Shown here one piece after another: positions 28,489-38,698 of a stretch of 64,000 bases of DNA. The DNA lies in assembly GCA_963797095.1 (NCBI GenBank), contig CAWCNY010000007.1, forward strand, positions 136,238-200,237, in the 5' to 3' direction. The notes beneath the pieces are model-generated. The model did no database searches and was not told where the DNA came from. It saw only the letters and a list, made by a program, of their open reading frames with translations. How positions within the stretch are numbered: position 1 is the stretch's first letter; the number at the start of each line of letters is the position of its first letter. Source of the DNA: an uncultured Chloroflexia bacterium (GTDB taxonomy: Bacteria; Chloroflexota; Chloroflexia; QHBQ01; JADMIH01). The position numbers and the translations under genes are program-made.

Positions 28489-31024
28489 TTAGAGGCGAAC
28501 GATGGTGACACCTTCGCCGCCCTGCTCCATAGGTGCGGTTTCGACCTCGCGGACTGCGGGGTGTGTTTTGAAGTAGTCGCGCAGGGCTTTGCGGAGAGCG
28601 CCTGTGCCTTTGCCATGGATGACGCGCAGGAAGGGCATACCTGCCACCGAGGCTTCGTCCAAACGACGATCCATCTCTTCGATAGCAGCTTCGGCTCGCC
28701 ACCCCCGGAAGTCGTATTCCAGGGGTGGGGCGTTCTTGGGCACTGATGGCTGGTAGCGGACCATCGAAGGCGCGGCGGCATTATCGGCGGCAACCTGGGC
28801 GGCGGCCTTGCGCAAGGTTATGCTTGAAACCGGCACGCGGGTCTTGAACGCGCCCAACTGGACCTCAACCTGACCGCTGGAGTCGGGTGGAGAGAGGAGG
28901 TCGCCTTCCATACCGAGAGATTGGACAAAAACGAGATCGCCGGGGCCGTAGGTATGTGGCTTTTCCTGAGTTTTGGCCTTTTCGACGTGGCGGGCATTGG
29001 CGGTGCGGTTGCGCTCTTTGCGCCCCTCCTGGGCTTTCTGGCGTAACTCTTTGTCAAGTTGCTCGGCGCGTAGCTGAGCCTGCGTCACCCATTGGCGGGT
29101 GAGGGTCTCGTCGGAGGTGGCATGGAGGCCGGCCTCCACGCGGGCACGTAACTGGCGCAGTTCGGTACGGAGAGCGTCAAGCTCCTGATCGACCTTGAGT
29201 TCGGGCCTCATCCTCGGCGCGGGCCTTCATTTCGTCAGCCTGGGCGAGGTGGCGCTCCATCTCCTCGTTGCGGCGCTGGAGGTCGCGGCGAGCGGTTTCA
29301 GCTCTGTCTCGCTCTTTGCGGGCCTGGTTGCGCTCACGACGTATGCCCTCCAGGATGTCTTCGACACGCTGTTCGTGAGGATCGACAAACTCCCTGGCTT
29401 TGTTGATGAGGGTATGGCTGAGACCCAGGCGCTGGGCGATAGCGAGGGCGTTGGAGCGCCCCGGCACTCCGATCAGGAGGCGATAGGTGGGGCTGAGGGT
29501 GTTGATGTCGAATTCGACGGAGGCGTTTTCGACGCCCTGAGTGGTGAAAGCAAAAGCTTTTAGCTCAGAGTAGTGAGTTGTGCAGACGGCCATAGCGCCC
29601 ACCTCGAGCAGGTGGGTGATTATGGCGCGAGCGAGGGCCGAACCTTCCTGGGGGTCGGTGCCCGCACCCAGTTCATCGAGAAGCACAAGGCTTTGCCTGT
29701 CGGCTCGCTTGAGGATGCCAACTATATTGGTCATGTGAGAGGAGAAGGTTGAAAGCGATTGCTCGATGCTCTGCTCGTCGCCTATGTCGGCGAACACTTC
29801 CTGAAACACGTGAGCGAGAGAGCCTGAATCGGCGGGGATATGGAGGCCGGACTGGGCCATAAGGGAGAGGAGGCCAACGGTCTTCAGCGCGACGGTCTTG
29901 CCGCCGGTGTTAGGGCCTGTGATCACAAGGATGCGGAAATCACCGCCAAGCTCAACTGTGATAGGCACGACCTTGCCCGTGAGGAGTGGGTGGCGAGCAT
30001 TCTTGAATTCGAGTGCGGGATGCGGAGTGCGAGGTGCGGATTTAGTGGCTGCAGGTTGCCCGTTGTCAGTTGCCTGCGCGTTGCTACTTTCGTCCTTCGT
30101 CCTTCGTCCTTCGTCTTTTACGCGTCCGTCGTCCGGCAGAACAGGCTCTACAGCGTCGAGGTGGAGGCTGTAGCGAGCCTTGGCTAAAGCAAGATCGAGG
30201 TCAGCAACAATTTCGACATTGGTTTTGATTGGGTCGGCCTGTGCGCCTATGAGAGCACCTAGCTCGCGAAGGATGCGCTCGATCTCTTGATATTCTTCGA
30301 GTTGAAGCTGACGCCACTCGTTGCCGAGGTCCACGATAGCCAGCGGCTCAACAAACAGGGTGCTGCCGCTGTTGGATTGGTCATGCACTATACCGCGCAC
30401 GGCCCCCTGGAAGTCGCGCTTGACCGGGACGACGTAGCGACCATCGCGCAGGGTGTAGATCGGCTCTTGAAGGGCGCGGGAATATGCCTCCGAGCCGAGA
30501 ATTTGCTGGAGCTTCGCCATGAGACGGCTGTGAGCTACGCGTATGCTCTTGCGAAGGTTCGCCAGTTTGGGGGACGCAGAGTTGAGGATGTTCCCTTCGT
30601 CGTTGATGCAACGCTCGATCTCGGCTTCGAGCCGGGGGAGAGGAGTAATGCCGTCGGCGATGAAGCGAAGGGTATCAAGTTCGCCACGGTTGTCAGCAGT
30701 ATGTACGATCAGGTTGCGGAGGTTACGTGCGGCTGAGATGGTGACCTTGATAAGTAGGATATCTGTGGGGTCAAGGAGGGAGCCGAGGGCCGCGCGGCCT
30801 GCGATCTCGCGCACGTCGCGAGCACCGCCGATGGTGACATCCGAGCGAAGGGAGAGGAGGCGGACGGCCTCGGTGGTGATGCGCTGGTTGCGGCGCACCT
30901 GGGCGATATCGAAAGATGGGAGGAGAGAGAGCGCCAGGTCTTTGGACGCGCTGAAAGAGGCATAAGCGGCCAGGCGCTCGCGCACTTTGGGGAATTCGAG
31001 GGTGTTGAGTGATTTTTCGTTCAA
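28489..31024 (-). CDS. mutS2: Endonuclease MutS2 with C-terminal Smr domain; frameshift near 29200
   Basis: LEFPKV, GIVHDQS, ARHPLL, Walker A GPNTGGKT, DIGDEQS, LDELGAGTDP, TTHY; Smr motifs IHGKGTGALR and GGEGVT in the second frame. Confidence 0.95.
30011..30115. repeat. Three heptamer arrays inside the mutS2 coding region: GAGTGCG-like x4, NGTTGYC x3, (TTCGTCC)x3.9
   Basis: Read directly; encode the in-frame insert KDEGRRTKDE...TDNGQP...APRTPHP. Confidence 0.85.
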
Positions 31025-31036
31025 GGTATTGTTTGG

Positions 31037-31092
31037 ATGACGAGTGGCGAGTGACGAGTGACGAGTGACGAGTGACGAGTGGCGAGTGGCGG
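31037..31092. repeat. Heptamer tandem repeat (GTGRCGA)x8 forming most of the mutS2 5' UTR
   Basis: Read directly; lies between an extended -10 (31102-31110, minus strand) and the TTG at 31024. Confidence 0.93.
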
Positions 31093-31101
31093 GACCAGGG
31101 A

Positions 31102-31110
31102 ATTATACCA
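31102..31110 (-). promoter_or_regulatory. Extended -10 promoter element for mutS2
   Basis: TGGTATAAT on the minus strand. Confidence 0.6.
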
Positions 31111-31301
31111 TTCGTAGTAGGCCGGGCGCGTACGACCCTGGGAGTATCTTTGATAGGATGGGGACAAATAATAACCCCTGATTGCCTTTACAAACGCGAA
31201 AGGATAGCGGTACAATAGGAAACATAGAGACGGCGTTGAACGGTTCCGGACAGCGATGAAGGGTCCGGGGCTGATCCTGCTAGATCGGAGGATGTCGGGA
31301 G

Positions 31302-31868
31302 ATGATCGAGTGCAAAATTGAGAGCATCAGGGTCAGCCTGGTCACTCAGCACCGGGTAGTTATCCTCAAAGAAGTCAAGGTTGATGGTTCCGAGCGTTAT
31401 CTCCCTATCTGGATCGGCCCGTATGAGGCCGATGCAATCGCGCTTGAATTGCAGGAAGTGCCGATGCAGCGCCCATTCACCCACGATTTGTTACGCTCTA
31501 TCATCGGTGAGCTGAATGCGCAGGTGACACATATTCTCATCAACGATTTGAGAGACGACACCTTCTACGCACGGATCGTGCTCGACGCCAACGGACGGCA
31601 TGCAGAAGTGGACTCCAGGCCATCGGACGCGATTGCATTGGCTGTGAGGGTCAAGTGCCCCATCTATGTTGATGATGGAGTGCTCGAACGCGCAGGCGTC
31701 ACGCTCGATAGCGAGACCGAGCCGGAGGAGCCAGCAGGTCTTCCCGATGGCGAGGCCCTCCCACGTTCAGAGCAGATTGACGACGATAGCCTATCGGTGT
31801 TCCGCGACTTCATCAACTCCCTGGACATGGACGATCTGGGAAGAGCGGGCGACGGGCCGGGGAAATAG
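31302..31868 (+). CDS. Bifunctional nuclease family protein (DUF151)
   Basis: LPIWIGPYEADAI, RPFTHDL, DSRPSDAIALA; TTTACA-N18-TACAAT upstream (31187-31216). Confidence 0.93.
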   Translation: MIECKIESIRVSLVTQHRVVILKEVKVDGSERYLPIWIGPYEADAIALELQEVPMQRPFTHDLLRSIIGELNAQVTHILINDLRDDTFYARIVLDANGRHAEVDSRPSDAIALAVRVKCPIYVDDGVLERAGVTLDSETEPEEPAGLPDGEALPRSEQIDDDSLSVFRDFINSLDMDDLGRAGDGPGK

Positions 31869-31876
31869 AAGCCGGG

Positions 31877-31940
31877 GATTAAGGACCGGGGATCGGGAAA
31901 CGGCACAAAGAAGCGCAATCCCGGTCCCCGGTCCTTAATC
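31877..31940. repeat. 16-bp perfect inverted repeat built from degenerate heptamers
   Basis: GATTAAGGACCGGGGA / TCCCCGGTCCTTAATC. Confidence 0.8.
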
Positions 31941-31981
31941 TGTGGGCGCTGTTCTAATTGCAAGGAAGAGGAGGAAGAGGC

Positions 31982-34549
31982 ATGAGCATTTTGTCGGGAA
32001 AGACCGGGCTTTTCGCATTCCTGGCGCTGGGCCTGGTGGCGCTGGGCGCATTGGTGATAGGGACCCTGGCTACGCAAGCCGGGATGCCCGCGAGCGTGCT
32101 CAACGGCAATACCACGGGTAAGATAGTGAATGAAGTATTGAAGGACACGGAGAACGGGCAGCAAACCTCCTTCGTGATACTCCTATCAGACCAGGCGGAC
32201 CTGTCCAAAGCTTATTCTATGCAGAACCAGGACGCGCGCGGCTGGTACGTCTATAACACCTTGAAGAGCTATGCCGAGAAGACACAGGCTCCGCTTCGAG
32301 CGTTTCTGGCCGCCAGGGGAGTGCCCTACCAGGCGTTCTGGGCCGCCAACATGCTCGTTGTGACCGGCGACCGCTCGCTTGTGGAGAGCGTGGCCGCCCG
32401 GTCTGATGTGCGCATCATCGAGTCGAACAAGCCTGAGAAGTGGGTTGAGGAGGACAGTGTCGCCAACCTTTCCGCCGCCCCTCTTTCGCCGGATGCGCCG
32501 GAGTGGGGAGTGCAGAACGTCAATGCCCCCGCGCTTTGGGCGCTCGGATATACGGGGCAGGGGATCGTGATCGGCAACCAGGATACAGGCATGAGGTGGA
32601 CTCACCAGGCTCTCAAGCCCCAGTATCGAGGCTGGGATGGGACCACCGCCGACCACAATTACAACTGGCACGACTCTATACACTCGGGCGGCGGCATTTG
32701 TGGGGCGGACTCGCTTGTGCCTTGCGATGATAGCGGCCACGGCACTCACACCACCGGCACGACCGTTGGCTACGATGGCGCAGCCAATCAGGTGGGAGTA
32801 GCGCCGGGGGCGAAGTGGATCGGTTGCAGAAACATGGACCAGGGCAACGGCATGCCTTCTACATACACCGAATGCTTCCAGTTCTTCATCGCGCCAACCG
32901 ACCTGAACGGTATGAACCCCAACCCGACCTTGCGCCCATATGTAATGAACGACAGCTGGACCTGCCCGGCGAGTGAGGGGTGTGCTGCAACCACCTTACA
33001 GACCATTGTGGAGAACACCCAGGCGGCAGGCATATTCGTAGAGGCTTCGGCAGGCAACTCCGGGTCTGGGTGCTCCTCGGTATCCGATCCTCCCGCCATT
33101 TATGCGGCTTCCTTCTCGACGGGAGCTATAGATATAAGTAACGCTCTGGCCTCTTTTTCGAGTAGGGGTCCTGTAACCGCGGATGGCTCGAACAGGCTGA
33201 AGCCGGATATCTCGGCACCCGGCGTGAACGTGCGCTCCACCTATTACAGCAATGACAGCTCATACGCTAACCTGAGCGGCACGTCGATGGCAGGACCGCA
33301 CGTGGTGGGCGTGGTAGCGCTCCTGTGGTCCGCCCGACCCGGTCTTGCCAGGATGATCACCGAGACGAAGCAGCTATTGACCAGCACGGCCAACCCCGGT
33401 GTGACGGTGCCGAACAACGGCGCGGGCTGCGGCGGCACGCCTATCCCGAACAACCACTTCGGCTACGGCAGGGTGGACGCGCTGGCGGCATATAACGCGT
33501 CTGGCGGAGGAACCGCGACGGCGGTTTCTACAAGCACACCTACCAGCACCAACACACCAACCACCCAGGCAACTTCCACACGTACTTCAACCGCTACCAA
33601 CACAGCGGTGTCAACCTCGACCAACACCTCTGTGCCTACCAATACCAACACTGCTGTTACCAACACTGCTGTGCCTACCGACACTGCTGTAGCGACCGAT
33701 ACAGCCGCCCCAACCCAGACCCCCGGCGGACCTTCGGCCACACCTGAGCCAAGCGATACAAGCACCAGCGTGCCCACCGATACACCTGTGGCAACCGATA
33801 CTCCCACAGTCCCGGCAGAAGCGACTAACACGCCCACAATGCCTGTGGAAGTAACCAACACCCCTACAGAGCCAGTTGCCGCAACGGCCACGCCAACAGC
33901 ATGTAACACCGAGTTCACAGATGTGCCCCCAGGCTCTACCTTCTATGACTACATAAGGTGCATGGCATGCCGGGGCATCATCAACGGTTACACCTCAGGC
34001 TGTGAGGAGGGTACTCCTTGCTTCAAGCCCAATAACAACGTCACTAGGGGCCAGCTTGCCAAGATTGTGGCTAATGCCGCTGGCTTTGACGATACTCCAG
34101 GGGACCAGCAGTTCCAGGACGTTGAGCCTGCTTCCACCTTCTTCGCGTTTGTGTGGAGGTTAGCAGATAGAGATATCATCTCAGGCTATCCATGTGGAGG
34201 AGCAGGAGAGCCGTGCGTGGGCCCAGGGAACCTGCCGTACTTCAGGCCCAATGCCAACGTGACCAGGGGACAACTGTCCAAGATAGTGTCAGAGGCAGCA
34301 GGGTACACAGACCCGGCAGGAGACCAGCAGTTCCAGGACGTACTGCCAGGGTCAACCTTCTACGACTGGATATGGAGGCTGACAGACCGGGGTATCATGA
34401 ACGGGTATGCATGTGGAGGAGTGGGAGAGCCATGTGTAGGACCAGCCAATCTGCCGTACTTCAGGCCAGGAGCCAATGCGACGAGAGGGCAAGCCTCCAA
34501 GATAGTGGCTAACACATTCTTGCCTGATTGCTATACCCCTGCGCGCTAA
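31982..34549 (+). CDS. S8 subtilisin-family peptidase (bacillopeptidase F-like) with a Thr/Pro linker and three Cys-containing SLH domains
   Basis: Catalytic motifs DTG, HGTHT, GTSMAGPHV; FTDVP...IINGY...TRGQLAKIV repeated three times. Confidence 0.94.
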   Translation: MSILSGKTGLFAFLALGLVALGALVIGTLATQAGMPASVLNGNTTGKIVNEVLKDTENGQQTSFVILLSDQADLSKAYSMQNQDARGWYVYNTLKSYAEKTQAPLRAFLAARGVPYQAFWAANMLVVTGDRSLVESVAARSDVRIIESNKPEKWVEEDSVANLSAAPLSPDAPEWGVQNVNAPALWALGYTGQGIVIGNQDTGMRWTHQALKPQYRGWDGTTADHNYNWHDSIHSGGGICGADSLVPCDDSGHGTHTTGTTVGYDGAANQVGVAPGAKWIGCRNMDQGNGMPSTYTECFQFFIAPTDLNGMNPNPTLRPYVMNDSWTCPASEGCAATTLQTIVENTQAAGIFVEASAGNSGSGCSSVSDPPAIYAASFSTGAIDISNALASFSSRGPVTADGSNRLKPDISAPGVNVRSTYYSNDSSYANLSGTSMAGPHVVGVVALLWSARPGLARMITETKQLLTSTANPGVTVPNNGAGCGGTPIPNNHFGYGRVDALAAYNASGGGTATAVSTSTPTSTNTPTTQATSTRTSTATNTAVSTSTNTSVPTNTNTAVTNTAVPTDTAVATDTAAPTQTPGGPSATPEPSDTSTSVPTDTPVATDTPTVPAEATNTPTMPVEVTNTPTEPVAATATPTACNTEFTDVPPGSTFYDYIRCMACRGIINGYTSGCEEGTPCFKPNNNVTRGQLAKIVANAAGFDDTPGDQQFQDVEPASTFFAFVWRLADRDIISGYPCGGAGEPCVGPGNLPYFRPNANVTRGQLSKIVSEAAGYTDPAGDQQFQDVLPGSTFYDWIWRLTDRGIMNGYACGGVGEPCVGPANLPYFRPGANATRGQASKIVANTFLPDCYTPAR

Positions 34550-34573
34550 CCGGCTTAGCCGGCCGTATGAACA

Positions 34574-34607
34574 AACGGAGGGCATCCTTTATGGAATGCC
34601 CTCCGTT
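34574..34607 (+). terminator. Probable terminator hairpin
   Basis: AACGGAGGGCAT / ATGCCCTCCGTT. Confidence 0.7.
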
Positions 34608-34642
34608 CGTTGAAACTCGCAGAAAACTGGCTTGAAAAGGTA

Positions 34643-34671
34643 TTGACAAGGGTGCAGGACGGATGTATAAT
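34643..34671 (+). promoter_or_regulatory. Perfect sigma70 consensus promoter
   Basis: TTGACA-N17-TATAAT. Confidence 0.85.
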
Positions 34672-34673
34672 TT

Positions 34674-34776
34674 GGTCACCAGAGGCAAACGGACTTCGGT
34701 CTGAAAGCCAAAGGGACAGAGATAACCCCAGATGATCCGTCAGGACTGTCTGGGGTTTCTGTTTGCCTGCGTAACC
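34674..34776 (+). ncRNA. Candidate structured sRNA or switch-like leader
   Basis: Hairpin GGC-AAA-CGGAC-UUCG-GUCUG-AAA-GCC, then ACCCCAGA/UCUGGGGU hairpin with a U-rich tail, directly after a consensus promoter. Confidence 0.5.
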
Positions 34777-34875
34777 CTCTATCATCTTATGCGTTACACT
34801 TGTGGACGCAGGCACCTGAAACGGGCGAGTAATAAGGTCCGCCTTCAGAGACCGCCCTTCCGTCCTCTCTTTCCT

Positions 34876-37335
34876 ATGAAGATCCCACGATTCATCGTTT
34901 TTGCCTTGAGCATTTGCGCCCTGTTAGCAGTGCTGCCTACAGGCAGCGGCTCCTGGGCGCAGGTTGAGCCCGAGCAGGAGGTATATTTCGCACCAACGGG
35001 GCAGTATCTTGATGGCACGTTTCTTGACTACTGGCAATCACATGGCGGGCTGCCTATCTTTGGGTATCCGCTGACACCAGCCTTCCGCGAGAACGGGCAC
35101 ACGGTACAATATTTCGAGAGGGCACGCTTCGAGTTGCACCCTGAGAACGCGGGCAGCGATTACGAGGTGTTGCTTGGGCAGTTAGGATCGGAGAGATTGA
35201 AGTCAGAGGGGCGGGCAGTTCCGCCCCCTGACGGCACGCAAGCCGCGCCCGGCGAGGTGCTTTTCCCCGAAACGGGGTACAAGGTGGGCAGCAAGTTCCT
35301 GCAATACTGGCAGGAGCATGGCGGGCTGGCGCAGTTCGGATACCCGGTCAGCCCCGAAACGCGGGACGAAAGCAGCGGCCTGGCAGTGCAATATTTCGAG
35401 AGGGCACGCTTCGAGTTGCACCCTGAGAACGCGGGCAGCGATTATGAGGTGTTGCTGACCCGGCTAGGTGTCGAGAGAGCCAAAGCGCTAGAGCCTTTGT
35501 TGACGGCGCAATGGCCGGGCAACTTGCCGGTGGCGAACTTTCGGTTGGGAGGTGAGTACGGCACTCTTCATACGCTGGATGTGGCGGCGGTGCAGAGCGA
35601 CATTGATGGGGAAGCGGTAGTGCTCGGCGGGGACGATCGGGTTTATGCACGGTATCCATTGAAAGGCGGGGAAGAGCTAGATTTCACGATAGCGGGGATG
35701 TGGGGCGAACAGAGCCTTGTGCTGGAGGTGAGTGGCGAGCCGGTGGCCGCGTTGTGGGGCGCATTGAAGACGGTCGGGCCGGTGTGGGGTGTGCAAACGG
35801 GCGATCCGACCTGGGATGGGCTGTATGACAAAGTAAAAGGGTTCCTGGAGAAAGACTCTGTAGACTATCTAGCGCCGGACGATGAGACCCTTGTGCATGG
35901 GTACAGGTCGCCCGATAACATCGCCATCTGGCTGCGCGATCACGTTTACCAGTCGAAGGGATTTAAGTATTTCGAGCCGGACATGACCAGTACGCTCGAC
36001 TATTTCAGGTCGACACAGAGGGCGGACGGCAGCTACGACGACTACCTTTACCACACCATAGCCACTCCCGTATTCACCGACCAGATCGGGGTGGAGGCAG
36101 ATCGAGAGTACCTCTTCGTGGAGGGGGTGTGGAGGGCGTGGCAGGCCACGGGAAACGACGATTGGCTGCGCGAGAACGTGAGCGCGATGGAGCGCGGGAT
36201 GGAATACCTGTGGACCGATCCCAACAGGTGGTCACTGGAATATGGGCTGATCAAGCGGGCTTTCACAATTGATACGTGGGATTTCGAGCAAGGGAGCGAC
36301 CAGGGGAACGTGCGCCGCAATATAGACGACCAGACCAAATGGAGCATCATGCATGGCGACAACACAGGCGCCTACCATGCGGCGACTGTGCTCGCAGCGA
36401 TAGAGAACTACCTGGGGCGTTATGGCGAAGGCCAGAAATGGCAAAGTCGCGCCCAAAGTCTCAAAGAGAACCTCAATAAAGTGGCTTGGAACGGCAACTT
36501 CTACACGCACCAGATACACCTGACTCCGGTTGATCCCACAGGAGTGGACGAAAGCACGCAACTGAGCCTGTCAAACGCCTACGCGCTCAACAGGGGCACG
36601 CTGTCGCACGAACAGGCGGCGGCCCTCATCAGGACGTACCAGCAGAGGCGCGAGCAGAACCAGGGGAAGATATTCGCGGAGTGGTACAGCATCGACCCAT
36701 CATTTCCAACTGGGTTCGGGCCGCAAGGCGAGTACGTGAACGGTGGAGTAATGCCGTTGGTTGGCGGGGAACTGGCGCGAGGGGCCTTCGACGAGGGGTT
36801 TGAGACGTATGGCGCGGATATATTGCGACGTTACTACGCCATGATCGAAAAGGACGGAGGCACTTATCTATGGTACTACCCGGACGGTAGGCCGGGCGTC
36901 GGCACCGACCAGACGCTCAACACGGACGGATGGGGCTCGTCGGCTATGCTGGCCGCCCTCACTGAAGGGCTGGCCGGGGTGAACGACGACCAAAAGCTGT
37001 TCGAGTCCGTTAGCCTTGCGCCTAAATGGAGCGTGGATTGCGCTCAAAAGAGCAAGGGCTGCTATGGGAAAGATCACCGGGTGGGGTTAGAATACCCTGC
37101 ATCGGGAGCGTTCTTCGCCTACAAAGTGCGCTATGAGGCCGACGGCAGAATAGAGTTGGCCTGGGGCGGCAGGGAAACAGAGAAAGTGCAGTTGCATTTA
37201 TTGCTGCCGGAGGGAGCAGCGCCAACCCTGGTAACTGTAAACGGCAGACAGTGGGCGTTCAGCATCAGCAGGATCGAAAGTAGTGTGTACCTGGATGCTG
37301 CGCTACCGGGGCAGGGGCAACTGGAGATGAAATAA
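34876..37335 (+). CDS. Secreted protein with two FPETG/YFERA modules and a C-terminal six-hairpin glycosidase-like domain
   Basis: Signal peptide MKIPRFIVFALS...WAQ; WLRD, EADREY, TIDTWDF, YVNGG motifs suggest an (alpha/alpha)6 glycoside hydrolase. Confidence 0.8.
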   Translation: MKIPRFIVFALSICALLAVLPTGSGSWAQVEPEQEVYFAPTGQYLDGTFLDYWQSHGGLPIFGYPLTPAFRENGHTVQYFERARFELHPENAGSDYEVLLGQLGSERLKSEGRAVPPPDGTQAAPGEVLFPETGYKVGSKFLQYWQEHGGLAQFGYPVSPETRDESSGLAVQYFERARFELHPENAGSDYEVLLTRLGVERAKALEPLLTAQWPGNLPVANFRLGGEYGTLHTLDVAAVQSDIDGEAVVLGGDDRVYARYPLKGGEELDFTIAGMWGEQSLVLEVSGEPVAALWGALKTVGPVWGVQTGDPTWDGLYDKVKGFLEKDSVDYLAPDDETLVHGYRSPDNIAIWLRDHVYQSKGFKYFEPDMTSTLDYFRSTQRADGSYDDYLYHTIATPVFTDQIGVEADREYLFVEGVWRAWQATGNDDWLRENVSAMERGMEYLWTDPNRWSLEYGLIKRAFTIDTWDFEQGSDQGNVRRNIDDQTKWSIMHGDNTGAYHAATVLAAIENYLGRYGEGQKWQSRAQSLKENLNKVAWNGNFYTHQIHLTPVDPTGVDESTQLSLSNAYALNRGTLSHEQAAALIRTYQQRREQNQGKIFAEWYSIDPSFPTGFGPQGEYVNGGVMPLVGGELARGAFDEGFETYGADILRRYYAMIEKDGGTYLWYYPDGRPGVGTDQTLNTDGWGSSAMLAALTEGLAGVNDDQKLFESVSLAPKWSVDCAQKSKGCYGKDHRVGLEYPASGAFFAYKVRYEADGRIELAWGGRETEKVQLHLLLPEGAAPTLVTVNGRQWAFSISRIESSVYLDAALPGQGQLEMK

Positions 37336-37372
37336 TAAGTAAGCGGGCCGCTCAATGGCCCGCTTACTTATT
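37334..37372. terminator. Bidirectional intrinsic terminator
   Basis: 16-bp stem AATAAGTAAGCGGGCC / GGCCCGCTTACTTATT between convergent genes. Confidence 0.85.
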
Positions 37373-37389
37373 TCGAGGGTCACATTCGA

Positions 37390-38472
37390 CTAGAAGTTGG
37401 GGTCGCTGAAGAGCGCGATTGTAAGTATCTTGGCGACCTGGCCTCTGGTGGCGGGAGCGTTGGGCCGGAAGGTCAGGTCGGGATAGCCCGACATGATCTC
37501 GGACGACCCGGCGGCCATGGCGTAGGTGTAATACCAGTCGCCCGCTTGCACGTCGTTGAATGTGGGCATATCAGCGCCAGCGTCGAGGGTCCAACCGCGA
37601 CCGATATAGACCATCTTGGCGACCTGGGCGCGTGTGACGGGAGCGCCAGGGCGGAAAGTGCCATCGGCGTATCCTGTAATCACGCCATGAGCATAGGCGG
37701 TTTCGATGTAGCTGTAGCCCCAGAAGTCGGCTGGCACATCGCTAAAGGTGGGGGTGGCGGGCGTTACGAGAGGCCATTCCATCGAGCCAACCAGCATCTT
37801 GGCGAACTGAGCGCGGGTGACGGTGTCGTTGGGGTGGAAAGTGCCGTCCTGGTAGCCGCTGATGATGCCCTTATCGTACAGGTACTGCACAGGGCCATCG
37901 GCCCAGTTGTCCTCTGCCAGGTCGTTGAAGGGGTGGCGGCGGGTGATGGTGATCAAATAGGCGGTGGTGGTGAAGGGGCTGGCGGTGTCGGTCGTGCCCC
38001 GCACTCGCTCGATGTCTATAGGCAGGAAGGGGCTATCGGGCACATGGACCAGGGCACCGATCTCGTTAGCGTAGTTGGGCATGGCAAGGGCCAAAGTGGG
38101 GGTGACTGCCACGCGCCAGCCAAGCAGGCTGTCGGCGGACATATTGACACTGGTCTCTTCATCCAGGTGGTTGAAGAGGAGCAGGCCATAGCGGGCGTTC
38201 TCGCCGTGGGGGGCGTGGCCGAATTGCACGCGAGGGCGCAGCTTGATCGGCCTGCGGGTGGGGCTGGCCTCCGGGGTTGATGTGGCTGTGACTTCGCCTG
38301 CTGTAGGGGTGGTGGTCTCGTCGCCTTTGGGCGTACCAGCGAGGGCCGACGCGCTCGCGCCGGTGAAAGAAAGGGCGAGGGCGAAGATCGCCAGGGCTAT
38401 CAGGGCCAGGGTAAGTAGGGGCGCTACTGTTGACTTACCTTGCTGTTCGGAATGGTTCGGTGTTTGGGACAT
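37390..38472 (-). CDS. Secreted protein with three SLH domains
   Basis: GGAGG RBS; signal peptide; GIISGYQDGTFHPNDTVTRAQ-type repeats x3. Confidence 0.9.
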   Translation of the reverse strand: MSQTPNHSEQQGKSTVAPLLTLALIALAIFALALSFTGASASALAGTPKGDETTTPTAGEVTATSTPEASPTRRPIKLRPRVQFGHAPHGENARYGLLLFNHLDEETSVNMSADSLLGWRVAVTPTLALAMPNYANEIGALVHVPDSPFLPIDIERVRGTTDTASPFTTTAYLITITRRHPFNDLAEDNWADGPVQYLYDKGIISGYQDGTFHPNDTVTRAQFAKMLVGSMEWPLVTPATPTFSDVPADFWGYSYIETAYAHGVITGYADGTFRPGAPVTRAQVAKMVYIGRGWTLDAGADMPTFNDVQAGDWYYTYAMAAGSSEIMSGYPDLTFRPNAPATRGQVAKILTIALFSDPNF

Positions 38473-38698
38473 TTGCTTTACCTCCACTTCTCTAAATGCT
38501 AAACGTTTGGCTTGCCGTGCCTGGGGCGCTGCTAACAATCTAGCACTGAGGCGCGAAGCGATAAAGGCAAAAGTGTAAAGGGTTTGTTAGGGGAATGTAA
38601 AACGAATGATGAGGTCAGCTTGTCCCAACAGGTGCCTCTGCGTATAATTGATATGTTATCAACCAGAATGGGCTTTTTCATGCAGGTAGATTGTACAT

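Noticed and set aside
28489-29211. Stand-alone Smr-domain gene, or programmed frameshift in mutS2
   Set aside because: The coiled-coil continues across frames, no canonical slippery heptamer is present, and similar indels occur in four other genes
34674-34776. Canonical c-di-GMP-I riboswitch, SRP RNA or 6S RNA
   Set aside because: No GNRA loop/receptor or GGGACGCAAAGC, no SRP helix-8 GGAA motif, and too short for 6S; kept only as an unclassified candidate
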